DNA of 26,175 nucleotides, taken from an uncultured virus (IMG/VR IMGVR_UViG_3300021400_004213) (Duplodnaviria > Heunggongvirae > Uroviricota > Caudoviricetes). The notes under the pieces are model-generated. The model saw only the letters and a program-made list of their open reading frames with translations. It was not told the origin of the DNA and did no database searches. The stretch lies in the IMG/VR virus record IMGVR_UViG_3300021400_004213. One strand, written 5' to 3'. A program made the position numbers and the translations under genes. This document shows, one piece after another, positions 1 through 9,014 of this stretch; the first letter of the stretch is position 1; each line of letters starts with the position of its first letter.

Positions 1-487
1 CATCGAAGTTCGGAACCCAATCTACAGTGTTCTTATCAATGTCACGAAGCATTTCATCGGCAATCTTTGACATACGAGCTTCCGTATAACGGTAAGCAGC
101 AGGCGGATCGCCATCCATAGAACCAAAGTTACCATGTCCATCTACGAGCGGATGCCTCAGGTTGAAATCCTGTGCCAAACGAACCAGCGCATCATACACA
201 CTGGCATCACCATGCGGATGGTAATGCCCAAGCACGTCACCAACAGTGGTTGCGCACTTACGATACGCAGCAGAATGGGTGATACCAGCCTTATACATTG
301 CGTACATAATACGACGATGAACAGGCTTAAATCCATCACGCACATCAGGCAAAGCACGGTCTGTAATGACAGACATGGCATAGTCAATGAAGTTACGACC
401 CATAATATCAGGCAAACACACCTGTTCATAATGTGGATCATCTTCATTAATATCAAAAAATGTATTCAAATTCTTTTCATTATCCAT
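1..487 (-). CDS. gyrA: DNA gyrase/topoisomerase IIA subunit A, N-terminal part (runs off the window)
   Basis: Not in the ORF track; translated by hand from ATG 487 with RBS AGGAGAG overlapping the gyrB stop. Sequence MDNEK...[30 protein letters not shown]...[20 protein letters not shown]...[23 protein letters not shown] includes the catalytic Tyr. The GyrA-box lies outside the window, so parC is not excluded. Confidence 0.93.
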   Translation of the reverse strand, partial: MDNEKNLNTFFDINEDDPHYEQVCLPDIMGRNFIDYAMSVITDRALPDVRDGFKPVHRRIMYAMYKAGITHSAAYRKCATTVGDVLGHYHPHGDASVYDALVRLAQDFNLRHPLVDGHGNFGSMDGDPPAAYRYTEARMSKIADEMLRDIDKNTVDWVPNFD

Positions 488-499
488 ATCTGACTCTCC

Positions 500-2446
500 T
501 TAAGCATCAACATTTGCCAGATGAGCATTATCTTCGATATAACGTCTACGAGGCAATACCGAATCACCCATCAAAGTTACGACCAAATCTTCCGTCTCTT
601 CAGCACGAATATCATCAAAATATACAGCTCTCATAATACGACGGTTAGGATCCATTGTGGTCTCCCAAAGCTGCTCTGGGTTCATCTCACCAAGGCCCTT
701 ATAACGCTGAATATTATCCTTACCCTTTGCAGGACCAAGCTTCTTCAAAAGAGCATCCAATTCTTCGTCCGTATAGGCATAATATTCCTTCTTACCTCTC
801 GTCAGCTTATACAACGGAGGTTTAGCCACAAAAATATGACCCTGTTTAATCAACTCAGGCATATAACGATAGAAGAAAGTCAGAAGCAGAATCGCAATAT
901 GACTACCGTCAACATCGGCATCTGCCATAATCACAATCTTACCATAGCGAAGCTTGTTGATATCAAAATCATTACCAACGCCAGTGCCAAGTGCGGCAAT
1001 AACAGGCTGAAGCTTATCGTTATTGTAAACCTTACTCGGCTGAACACGCTCGACGTTCAGCATCTTACCCCAAAGAGGAAGAATAGCTTGGAACTTACGA
1101 TCACGACCCAACTTTGCACTACCACCTGCGGAATCACCCTCAACAATAAACAACTCAGTTTCATCCACATTCTTAGACTGACAATCTGCCAGCTTACCAG
1201 GTAATGTACTATTGGCCTCCATCGCAGTCTTACGACGAGTATTCTCACGAGCCTGACGGGCAGCATCTCTCGCCTGCTGAGCCAAAACAGCCTTCTCGCA
1301 AATCGCTCGACCGACATCAGGATGGAGTTCCAGATAAACTGTCAACTGCTCGCCCATAATGGTCTCAACGATACCACGAACTTCAGCATTACCAAGTTTC
1401 TGCTTCGTCTGACCCTCAAACTCAGGCTCCATAACACGACAAGAAACAACTGCAGAAAGACCTTCCTTCAAGTCCTCTGTGGACAAAGACATATCTTTCT
1501 TCTTAAACAGATTGTTATTCTTCGCATAGTTATTCAAGATACGCGTCATTGCAGCCCTAAAGCCTGTAATATGCGTACCACCTTCAGGTGTATGAATATT
1601 GTTGACATAGCCAAGCAAACGTTCCGAATAATCCTTTGTATGCTGAAAAGCAACTTCGACCTTCGTATCACCCTTCTCACCAGAAAGAACGATAATATCG
1701 TCATACATTGGCTCTCTACCCTTGTTCAAGAACTCAATATAACTGATAAGACCATTCTCCGAAGAAAACGTCTCAGTCCGCTCCTTACCTTCACGTTCAT
1801 CTGTCAACACAAGCGTTAAGCCCTTCGTAAGGAAAGAAACCTCACGCATACGTTCCTTCAATGTATCGTAGTCATATTCTGACACACTAAAAATCGATGG
1901 ATCAGGCAGGAAAGTAACTTTCGTTCCATGATCATTCACATCGGCAGTGCCGACACGACCAAATGGAACCGTTATCTTACCCTTGGAAAATTCCATTCCC
2001 CAAATCGCATCATCACCCTCACGGGTGACTTCAACACGAAACATAATAGACAGGGCATTAACAACAGATGCACCAACACCATGCAAACCGCCAGCACCCT
2101 TATATCCACCACCGCCGAACTTACCACCAGCATGAAGCTTCGTAAGTACGACTTCCAGAGCAGACTGACCCGTCTGCGGATGGATATCCACAGGAATACC
2201 ACGACCATCGTCTTTGACAGTGATCGAGTTATCAGGATGAATCGTCACATCAATATGATGACAGTAACCTGCCATCGCTTCGTCAACACCATTATCCAAA
2301 ATCTCATAAACAAGATGATGGAAACCACGCTCAGAAGTCGATCCAATATACATACCAGGACGACGACGAACAGCTTCCAAACCTTCTAAGATTTGGATAT
2401 TCTCTGCATTATAATTCTCATGAATCTTAGCGGGAATATCATTCAT
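500..2446 (-). CDS. gyrB: DNA gyrase/topoisomerase IIA subunit B (648 aa, Gram-positive length)
   Basis: Motifs LEAVRRRPGMYIG, EILDNGVDE, DDGRGIP, LHAGGKF, GLHGVG, EGDSAGG, DADVDG and QRYKGLGEMNPEQLWETTM; RBS AAGGAG. Confidence 0.95.
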   Translation of the reverse strand: MNDIPAKIHENYNAENIQILEGLEAVRRRPGMYIGSTSERGFHHLVYEILDNGVDEAMAGYCHHIDVTIHPDNSITVKDDGRGIPVDIHPQTGQSALEVVLTKLHAGGKFGGGGYKGAGGLHGVGASVVNALSIMFRVEVTREGDDAIWGMEFSKGKITVPFGRVGTADVNDHGTKVTFLPDPSIFSVSEYDYDTLKERMREVSFLTKGLTLVLTDEREGKERTETFSSENGLISYIEFLNKGREPMYDDIIVLSGEKGDTKVEVAFQHTKDYSERLLGYVNNIHTPEGGTHITGFRAAMTRILNNYAKNNNLFKKKDMSLSTEDLKEGLSAVVSCRVMEPEFEGQTKQKLGNAEVRGIVETIMGEQLTVYLELHPDVGRAICEKAVLAQQARDAARQARENTRRKTAMEANSTLPGKLADCQSKNVDETELFIVEGDSAGGSAKLGRDRKFQAILPLWGKMLNVERVQPSKVYNNDKLQPVIAALGTGVGNDFDINKLRYGKIVIMADADVDGSHIAILLLTFFYRYMPELIKQGHIFVAKPPLYKLTRGKKEYYAYTDEELDALLKKLGPAKGKDNIQRYKGLGEMNPEQLWETTMDPNRRIMRAVYFDDIRAEETEDLVVTLMGDSVLPRRRYIEDNAHLANVDA

Positions 2447-2503
2447 AATCGTTCAATTACTCCTTTTCAATTCGTTCTAATACCATTTCTGTTTCACATA
2501 CTT

Positions 2504-2532
2504 ATTATATCACAAAAAACCTCATATATCAA
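2504..2532 (-). promoter_or_regulatory. sigma70/SigA promoter of gyrB-gyrA
   Basis: TTGATA-17 bp-TATAAT with extended TG. Confidence 0.75.
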
Positions 2533-2541
2533 GGTTTTTTG
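2513..2541. repeat. Perfect 10-bp inverted repeat overlapping the gyrB -35 (terminator of the upstream gene and/or operator)
   Basis: CAAAAAACCT-9 nt-AGGTTTTTTG, just after the stop codon at 2546. Confidence 0.6.
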
Positions 2542-2545
2542 AAAT

Positions 2546-3457
2546 TTACTCACCAGAATCTTCAGTCGTAGACTCGCTTTTTTGGTCATTCAACTTCGGT
2601 GAATATCCATTCTCATCAGTCAGCGTTCCAAACACACCAGAACCATCTGACACAACAGCTGTCGAAACAACCTCTTCAGGTGGCAAAATATCGGTTAAAT
2701 CATCTAACGGTGCAACATCAAACGTCCATGTAATCGATGCGGTTAACTGCGTCGACACATAATTAAAATCCGTAACCTTCACACTTTGAATCACACCTTG
2801 TTTATCACAATGATAAACAACATAAGCTGACTTAGCCGCTTTTTCAAACACGCTATCGTCTGATGATGCAAAATCACCCATAATTGAAAGAATCAAATCA
2901 TCCAAACCCACTTTCGACAAGAACTCAAAAGAGTCTGCTTGGATATCATAACCACCATCAACCTCTTGACGATGTGTGATCTGAAGGAAAGACGAATCAC
3001 TAAAGATGGAATAATCCATCACACCGTGTCGTCCACCTACAACCTTCCAACCAGTCAGTTCATCGCCACCTTCATTTGTTTGAATATAAGTAGCAGGCGC
3101 ATCTCCACCTACAACATAACTGTCACTCTTATGGACAAAGTCTTGTCCAAGCAATGACATCTTCATAACCATTAAACTATGCTCATCAACATCATGCACT
3201 TTACTTGCCGTTGTCATATTGACAACGATAGGGAGTCTCGTTGGTTCTTCGCCATCTTCTAACACAACAGGCGAATATGCATCAATATCCAATTGGCTTG
3301 ATATTCCATAATCATCTGGCATATGAACCGTAAAAACATTACCGTCTGTAGATTCTTGATTCTGTTGCCGTGAATTGACAAACAAAAGCGTTCCGCCAAC
3401 ACATAAACCGACAACAACAAGAACACTTGCAAAAACAATCCAAAACTTTCGGCCCAT
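2546..3457 (-). CDS. Hypothetical membrane-anchored/exported acidic protein (303 aa)
   Basis: Start moved to ATG 3457 (MGRKFWIV) after GGAGG; single N-terminal hydrophobic helix. Confidence 0.75.
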   Translation of the reverse strand: MGRKFWIVFASVLVVVGLCVGGTLLFVNSRQQNQESTDGNVFTVHMPDDYGISSQLDIDAYSPVVLEDGEEPTRLPIVVNMTTASKVHDVDEHSLMVMKMSLLGQDFVHKSDSYVVGGDAPATYIQTNEGGDELTGWKVVGGRHGVMDYSIFSDSSFLQITHRQEVDGGYDIQADSFEFLSKVGLDDLILSIMGDFASSDDSVFEKAAKSAYVVYHCDKQGVIQSVKVTDFNYVSTQLTASITWTFDVAPLDDLTDILPPEEVVSTAVVSDGSGVFGTLTDENGYSPKLNDQKSESTTEDSGE

Positions 3458-3671
3458 TCTTATTATACCTCCCATATTAAAAGCCAAAAATATTCATTTA
3501 TCAGGCTTTCTACTCAATGATAACACATTCACTAACCAAAATCAAGCTAAAACTATAAAATTATATAATATAAGCGGGTGTATACACACCTAAATAAAAA
3601 CAACAAAACAAAGAAAAATCGTGTATAATATCAAGTGATATACACTACAAACATCGAAAGGAGAACCAAAA

Positions 3672-4079
3672 ATGGTTACGAGAGAAGACCTTCTCGAATA
3701 TGTTCGTGAGGAACACGAACGTCGAGGCAATAACCCCGACGATAAGCCCATTTTCAGTTTGTTCTTATTCGAACATCCTGATAAGGAACGCATCTACGAT
3801 ATGAAAGATGGTTCCAAGAAACCATCTGGTTTCCCCGACACAGGCGGGGCATATGAACCAGGGTTCTACTACAATCTCGACCATGCCATCGAAGCGATGA
3901 ATGAAAACGCATGCGACATTCGAGAAACATGCTATAACGCAGGCTTCATTCTCTGCCGATTCGCAGGAATGTATGAATGCTGCGGAAGACACGCCCGTAT
4001 GTACTTCGTCTGGGACGACGAAAAGAAAGGATTCTTCCAACAGGAAGAACCTGACATCTTTAAGCACATCGCATACTAA
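3672..4079 (+). CDS. Hypothetical protein (135 aa)
   Basis: RBS AAAGGAG; TATAAT at 3624-3629; hairpin plus T-run downstream. Confidence 0.8.
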   Translation: MVTREDLLEYVREEHERRGNNPDDKPIFSLFLFEHPDKERIYDMKDGSKKPSGFPDTGGAYEPGFYYNLDHAIEAMNENACDIRETCYNAGFILCRFAGMYECCGRHARMYFVWDDEKKGFFQQEEPDIFKHIAY

Positions 4080-4092
4080 ACATTCCACGAAC

Positions 4093-4131
4093 ATCCTCAA
4101 TTCAATTCAAATTGGATTGGGGATCCTTTTT
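4093..4131 (+). terminator. Probable intrinsic terminator
   Basis: ATCCTCAATTCAA / TTGGATTGGGGAT stem with G-U pairs, followed by CCTTTTT. Confidence 0.5.
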
Positions 4132-4139
4132 CTTCTCCA

Positions 4140-4168
4140 TTGAAAAACCGAGTGCCATCCTGTATAAT
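4140..4168 (+). promoter_or_regulatory. sigma70/SigA promoter
   Basis: TTGAAA-17 bp-TATAAT. Confidence 0.75.
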
Positions 4169-4204
4169 AAAATATACTAAATTCTAATGAAAGGAGCGCA
4201 CATA

Positions 4205-5095
4205 ATGGCAATTTTCGTAACAGGCGACACGCATGGCGCCGATCAGCTCGGTTTCTTTGACGTTAGCGGTTACATGCCCCGCTTCAACACAAGAAACTTC
4301 CCTGAACAAAAACAAATGACAAAAGATGACTACGTCATCATTTGTGGCGATTTCGGTGGAATCTGGTCTACTGACCGAAACAAACTCGCCGAAACAGCCA
4401 AAGAGAAACACGATTTGGATTGGTTAAATGAAAAACCATTCACGACATTGTTCGTACCTGGAAATCATGAAAACTACGACCGCTTGACTGGCATCAAAGA
4501 TGAAAAACTGTTGAACAGTTGGCTGTTCGAAAAGATGTCAGACGAAGATAAAAAGAAATTCCGTCAAGGATACCCTCGTAAACAATGGCACGGCGGATAC
4601 GTCCGTGAAATTCGCCCATCCATCTTAATGTTGGAACCTGGCGTATTCGAAATTGACGGCATGAAAATCTTCGCATATGGCGGTGCGCCAAGTCATGATA
4701 TTTCTGGCGGCATTTTGAATCCTTCGGATTACAATAGCGAAACGCAATTCAAAAATGCCTATGCTCGCAAGAATCAAGGATCCTTGCCATTCCGTGTAAA
4801 AGGCATCTCTTGGTGGGAACAAGAACAGCCTGATACAGATGCTGAAAAGCAAGCTGAAGCTGCTTTGCAGGCCAACGACTACAAAGTCGATTTCATTTTC
4901 ACACATGATTGTGCGACATCGGATCGTGCTATCTTAGGATACGGAGATGAAATCACCCGTATCAATCAGTTCTTGGAAATCATCAAATATAAAACGGAAT
5001 ATAAGCATTGGTTCTTTGGACACTTGCACAACAATGTGAACTTGCCAGGTCATAAAGAACATTTGATTTACGAACAAGTCGTTCAAATCGCATAA
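4205..5095 (+). CDS. Calcineurin-like metallophosphoesterase (296 aa)
   Basis: Motifs GDTHG, GDFG, GNHE, THD and GHLH; start moved to ATG 4205 after AAGGAG. Confidence 0.9.
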   Translation: MAIFVTGDTHGADQLGFFDVSGYMPRFNTRNFPEQKQMTKDDYVIICGDFGGIWSTDRNKLAETAKEKHDLDWLNEKPFTTLFVPGNHENYDRLTGIKDEKLLNSWLFEKMSDEDKKKFRQGYPRKQWHGGYVREIRPSILMLEPGVFEIDGMKIFAYGGAPSHDISGGILNPSDYNSETQFKNAYARKNQGSLPFRVKGISWWEQEQPDTDAEKQAEAALQANDYKVDFIFTHDCATSDRAILGYGDEITRINQFLEIIKYKTEYKHWFFGHLHNNVNLPGHKEHLIYEQVVQIA

Positions 5096-5101
5096 CATGC
5101 A

Positions 5102-5138
5102 AATGGGTGTCTCTACACGAGGCACCCATTCTTTTTTT
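5102..5138 (+). terminator. Intrinsic terminator between convergent genes
   Basis: AATGGGTGTCTC-TACAC-GAGGCACCCATT followed by CTTTTTTT. Confidence 0.75.
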
Positions 5139-5218
5139 ATAAAAAATCCGTTTTATGTTTGCAACCAGATATATCTTTCCAAATCGAACATGAGCCATTC
5201 AAAAATCACCTCAAACAA

Positions 5219-5644
5219 TTACTTATTAAATTGAAATTTAAACGACCCAGTATTTGTCGCAACTTTCTGTTGCTCCAACATCTTCGCTTTCTCAGCTATC
5301 GCTTTCGCACGAGATTCAAGGTTGATTTTCTGTCTTGTATTGACACGAGCCTGCAACTCTGTTGCTAACACAGGTCCATCATGTACCCGAACATGCTTTC
5401 CATCTTCTCCAACCATGTTGTAATGCAATGCATATGATTCTTGCGTCAGAAGAACATTCACACAATCACCACGACCCTTCACGGCACTTGACGGCACATA
5501 AATTTTCGCGGAACCATATGGCGAAGCGGCATGTGGCACCGAAACGGCAGCCAACTTCATATCATTTTTTTCAAAATATTGAACCGCCTGATTACTCATA
5601 TTATTCAACCAAACAGACCTCGCTCCATCGATACCTTTCGTCAT
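5219..5644 (-). CDS. Hypothetical protein (141 aa), stand-alone copy of the C-terminal domain of 5791..7284
   Basis: Start moved to ATG 5644 after GGAGG; shares AAVSVPHAxSPYGSxKIYVP and RVHD with its neighbour; TGTGGTATAAT upstream. Confidence 0.8.
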   Translation of the reverse strand: MTKGIDGARSVWLNNMSNQAVQYFEKNDMKLAAVSVPHAASPYGSAKIYVPSSAVKGRGDCVNVLLTQESYALHYNMVGEDGKHVRVHDGPVLATELQARVNTRQKINLESRAKAIAEKAKMLEQQKVATNTGSFKFQFNK

Positions 5645-5724
5645 TACGCAACCTCCATTCAATCAGCTATTTTCCTTGATTTTTGTAATAAAATTATACC
5701 ACAAGCTACCAAAAAAATAAAGAG

Positions 5725-5762
5725 AAAAAAGGCCCGAATCTCAAAAAAGATTGAGCCTTTTT
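5725..5762 (-). terminator. Intrinsic terminator (A/T tracts on both sides)
   Basis: Minus strand AAAAAGGCTCAATCT...AGATTCGGGCCTTTTTT. Confidence 0.7.
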
Positions 5763-5790
5763 CCTTCTATCAAATGGTAAAATTTAAGAC

Positions 5791-7284
5791 TTACTTCACA
5801 TCAGGTTCGCTTGATAATTCTGCCGCGCTATCACCTGCTTGAATTCCCTCAAGCGATTTCACACGTGACTTAATATTAGACTTTGTACGTTCGTCCACAC
5901 GGGACTTCAGTTCATCAGCACTAATGCCCTTATCGTGAACACGAATCTTATTACCATTTTCATCCTTAGAATTATAATTTACCGTATAACTATCTTCCTT
6001 CAAAGATACGTTATAAGATGTTCCACGTTCATTAAGTTTCACATCTTCCGCAGGAACATAAATCTTACCAGAACCATACGGAGATGAAGCGTGCGGTACT
6101 GACACAGCGGCCCAATCCTTATCGCCTTTATTAAAGAATTGAACACCATTCTTTGCCGTACTAATCATTACAGGATCCTTTTCAGGCGCTACAGGTTCAG
6201 ATTGAACCTCAGCACTCGCCACAGGACCTGTGATATCAATACCCTTGCGTTCACAGAACACACGATATGCCGACATTCTATTGTGCAACTCACCAGGGCT
6301 AACGCTACGAGAATCAAATGAATCTGGATTCTCAACAGCATACGTCTCACGACGATCCAACATCAAATTATATGTACCATCTTCATTTTGTTTCACCAAA
6401 TTTGAAGGAAGCGTAATTGAATCATTTACATGTGCTGGATCTAACTCATCGTCATATCCCCAACCAGCATCTGGCGTTCTAATAACAGCATAGTTTGCAC
6501 CGCTACGCTCCTCAAAACTAACCAAATGATTAGGAACGTTACGAACCTCTTCTTGGTTCATCAAACGATCTGCCTCTTCGTATACTTCTTCACGAGAACG
6601 TAACTCAATCTCAGGATGTTCCTTTGCAAACGCAGCATCGTATTCCGACTCATGCAAACCACCAAAGAGCTTTCCCTCCTGTCCTGGTGCAACTTCGCCA
6701 CGATCACGGAAACGATGACCATACAAATCCTTCGACCAGTCACTATACATGCTTGCATTCTCTGAAAGCATCATAGCGTCGTTCGCTACTTCCAAAGGAA
6801 GTTGCAAACGAACAGCAATATCAGGCATATGCTTATTCAAATAATCAGGATATGACATCTTACTATCTTCAGAACGACTATCCGTCCATCCTTCATAAGC
6901 CATATGAGCTACACGATTTGACAAAGCCCATTCGCGATCTGAATAACCTGCAATTTTATCCTCATAAAACTTATGAAAATCATCCTTACTCTTATCTTCC
7001 TGAGCCACAATTTCAGGCAAATCATTAAATGTCTTTGCAATCTCTAACAAGTTCTCGCTACCATAAAGATTTGCTCGATTACAATCAATCGAAAAATATT
7101 CCACATCAGAAGCCTTCCTTGGCGAACCATCACCATAGTAATATGGTTCTACATACAAACGCAAATCATTATCTTGAGGATGGGTCAAATCGATTGGCTT
7201 CCAGCCATTATCTTTGAACATTTCCTCCATCTTCGCTGCCATATCATGATCAGCTTGAGAGTAACGGTCTTCATTCGTAGCCAT
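5791..7284 (-). CDS. Hypothetical multidomain acidic protein (~497 aa; modules A+B+B)
   Basis: Long ORF; start ATG 7284 (or 7290) after AAGGGGG; visible similarity to both neighbours. Confidence 0.85.
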   Translation of the reverse strand: MATNEDRYSQADHDMAAKMEEMFKDNGWKPIDLTHPQDNDLRLYVEPYYYGDGSPRKASDVEYFSIDCNRANLYGSENLLEIAKTFNDLPEIVAQEDKSKDDFHKFYEDKIAGYSDREWALSNRVAHMAYEGWTDSRSEDSKMSYPDYLNKHMPDIAVRLQLPLEVANDAMMLSENASMYSDWSKDLYGHRFRDRGEVAPGQEGKLFGGLHESEYDAAFAKEHPEIELRSREEVYEEADRLMNQEEVRNVPNHLVSFEERSGANYAVIRTPDAGWGYDDELDPAHVNDSITLPSNLVKQNEDGTYNLMLDRRETYAVENPDSFDSRSVSPGELHNRMSAYRVFCERKGIDITGPVASAEVQSEPVAPEKDPVMISTAKNGVQFFNKGDKDWAAVSVPHASSPYGSGKIYVPAEDVKLNERGTSYNVSLKEDSYTVNYNSKDENGNKIRVHDKGISADELKSRVDERTKSNIKSRVKSLEGIQAGDSAAELSSEPDVK

Positions 7285-7300
7285 AATCATATCCCCCTTA

Positions 7301-7933
7301 TTATTTTTCAAAATCTAAACTATTATCTGATAAAGTATGTATATCCTGCATCTCACTTACAGCTCGATAATCGGACATTCGATCCTTTACTTCAGGACGA
7401 ACTGACACCATCGACTTCTTCGGTGTCATATAACGAGATAAATTCACGTTCTTAACTGGTTTGGATTTTCGTGACGAACCAACGGACGATATACCCATCG
7501 AACTCATCTTCGCTTGCTCGCCACGCTCTTCTTCATACACACGAGCATATTCTGAAGAGGATACATCTCCTAACAACTTGGGCAGCGAACCTTTCTCTAC
7601 AGACCCTCGTAACAAAATGCTATCTGCCGTCGGCATACGATTTACATCCTGACTCAACGGATTTCGTTTCAAAAACTCGGTTCGCATTTCATTGTATTCC
7701 CACAAATTTTTGCGTAAATTCAAAGCATCTCGCACAGTCGCCATTGGCAACTGATGTTTCTCTGCAAGCTTATCCAACCGAACTGTTTTTCGTTTAGACT
7801 CATCTCTATTAAATGTTTCACCATCGCTTGATAAATCATAGTATAACTCTGCGCCCAATTTGAAATGTTCAGTTGGATGACCAGCAATTTTCTCATCATA
7901 GAACTGTTGCAATTCAGACTTGCTAACAATCAT
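7301..7933 (-). CDS. Hypothetical protein (210 aa), paralog of the N-terminal region of 5791..7284
   Basis: Start moved to ATG 7933 after GGAGG; FYDEKIAG vs FYEDKIAG and QLPMATVRDALNL vs QLPLEVANDAMML. Confidence 0.8.
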   Translation of the reverse strand: MIVSKSELQQFYDEKIAGHPTEHFKLGAELYYDLSSDGETFNRDESKRKTVRLDKLAEKHQLPMATVRDALNLRKNLWEYNEMRTEFLKRNPLSQDVNRMPTADSILLRGSVEKGSLPKLLGDVSSSEYARVYEEERGEQAKMSSMGISSVGSSRKSKPVKNVNLSRYMTPKKSMVSVRPEVKDRMSDYRAVSEMQDIHTLSDNSLDFEK

Positions 7934-8004
7934 GCTGATTCTACCTCCCAACTCTCATCCTAGTCCTACTATACTACCAAACCAGCCATAATGGAAGATA
8001 CGAA

Positions 8005-8101
8005 AACAAAAAGAATCTCCCAAAAACGGGAGACTCAAAACACATTCATTCGTATCAGAATTGTAATACAAAATGTAATACATTTTGAAACTATAACCCA
8101 A
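8005..8101 (-). ncRNA. Candidate ~95-nt small RNA or attenuated leader
   Basis: Lies between promoter TTGTAC-17-TATAAT (8136..8108) and terminator GAGTCTCCC-GTTTTT-GGGAGATTC-TTTTTG (8036..8007); contains a perfect inverted repeat CAAAATGTA/TACATTTTG; no RBS-led ORF. Confidence 0.4.
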
Positions 8102-8107
8102 TAATTC

Positions 8108-8174
8108 ATTATACAATAGTTCCATCATACGTACAAGATGAAATCTTGACATTCGTGGTTAACAAAACCATAAT
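8108..8174. promoter_or_regulatory. Back-to-back divergent sigma70 promoters
   Basis: Minus: TTGTAC-17-TATAAT (8136..8108). Plus: TTGACA-17-CATAAT (8146..8174). Confidence 0.65.
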
Positions 8175-8206
8175 AATAGAAAAACCGCTCATAAAGGAGA
8201 CTACAT

Positions 8207-8635
8207 ATGCTAAAGAAAATAATCAATCGTGAAACGATTGCTTACATCATATGTGGCGGCTTAACAACACTCATCAACATTCTTGTTTTCAGTGCCCTGA
8301 ATCGCACTATCGGTGAATCAAATATCATATGGTCAGAAACAATTGCTTTTGTTATAGCTACCCTGTTTGCATACATCACAAACAAATATTTTGTCTTTCG
8401 ACAAAAAAACACATCTACAAAAGCAGTTATTCAACAAATCCTAACGTTTTTTACGGGCAGAATCATCTCATACGGTATTGATCTCATCTTAATGATAGGT
8501 GCAAGAGACATCCTACATGCAGGCAGCATCGAAATTTTACATATCAACGGACTAACCATTGCTAAAATCCCTGTTGCTATCATCGTTATTATCATCAACT
8601 ACATATTTAGCAAAATCATCGTATTTCATAAATGA
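8207..8635 (+). CDS. GtrA family membrane protein (GtcA-like, cell-surface glycosylation)
   Basis: Four hydrophobic helices; YIICGGLTTLINI, FAYITNKYFVF and INYIFSKIIVF; RBS AAAGGAG. Confidence 0.9.
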   Translation: MLKKIINRETIAYIICGGLTTLINILVFSALNRTIGESNIIWSETIAFVIATLFAYITNKYFVFRQKNTSTKAVIQQILTFFTGRIISYGIDLILMIGARDILHAGSIEILHINGLTIAKIPVAIIVIIINYIFSKIIVFHK

Positions 8636-8670
8636 AAAAACGCCCCATATGAACCAAATCATACGGGGCA
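8635..8670. terminator. Terminator between convergent genes
   Basis: GCCCCATATGA-ACCAAA-TCATACGGGGC, with a T-run on the minus strand. Confidence 0.65.
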
Positions 8671-8688
8671 TTCATCTATTTGAAGTTC

Positions 8689-8898
8689 TTACACTGCCTC
8701 AACTTCGAAACGATTATTCTGGGCTTCACCCATATCCGCTAACAGCGCAATCTCGTTCTCAGCAGCCTTCTCTGACGCATATGTCTTAGCACCAGACTTC
8801 TCAGGAGCATTTACAAAATGTCCTTCCTTCTTGGAAATTTTTCCAACATAACCAGTCTCATGGCTATAGATATTGATCCACTTCAAATTACATTTCAT
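8689..8898 (-). CDS. Hypothetical protein (69 aa)
   Basis: RBS GAGG; has its own promoter and terminator. Confidence 0.7.
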   Translation of the reverse strand: MKCNLKWINIYSHETGYVGKISKKEGHFVNAPEKSGAKTYASEKAAENEIALLADMGEAQNNRFEVEAV

Positions 8899-8963
8899 AA
8901 TTACTAAACACCTCTTGCTTTCTTTAAAATCAAATAACCTATAAGTAACTGAATGAACAAATC

Positions 8964-9007
8964 ATCCAATAATATTGGATTATATCACAAAAATGAAGCT
9001 ATTTCAA
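8964..9007 (-). promoter_or_regulatory. sigma70 promoter with an operator-like palindrome over the -10/+1 region
   Basis: TTGAAA-17-TATAAT (9007..8979); ATCCAAT-AAT-ATTGGAT (8964..8980). Confidence 0.65.
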
Positions 9008-9014
9008 TAGAAAA

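Noticed and set aside
134..2389. Several plus-strand and alternate-frame ORFs over gyrA/gyrB, and similar ones over other genes
   Set aside because: They are antisense or frame shadows of well-supported genes, with no RBS or recognisable motifs.
7955..8152. 65-aa minus-strand ORF from the track
   Set aside because: It spans a promoter and a terminator and has no RBS.
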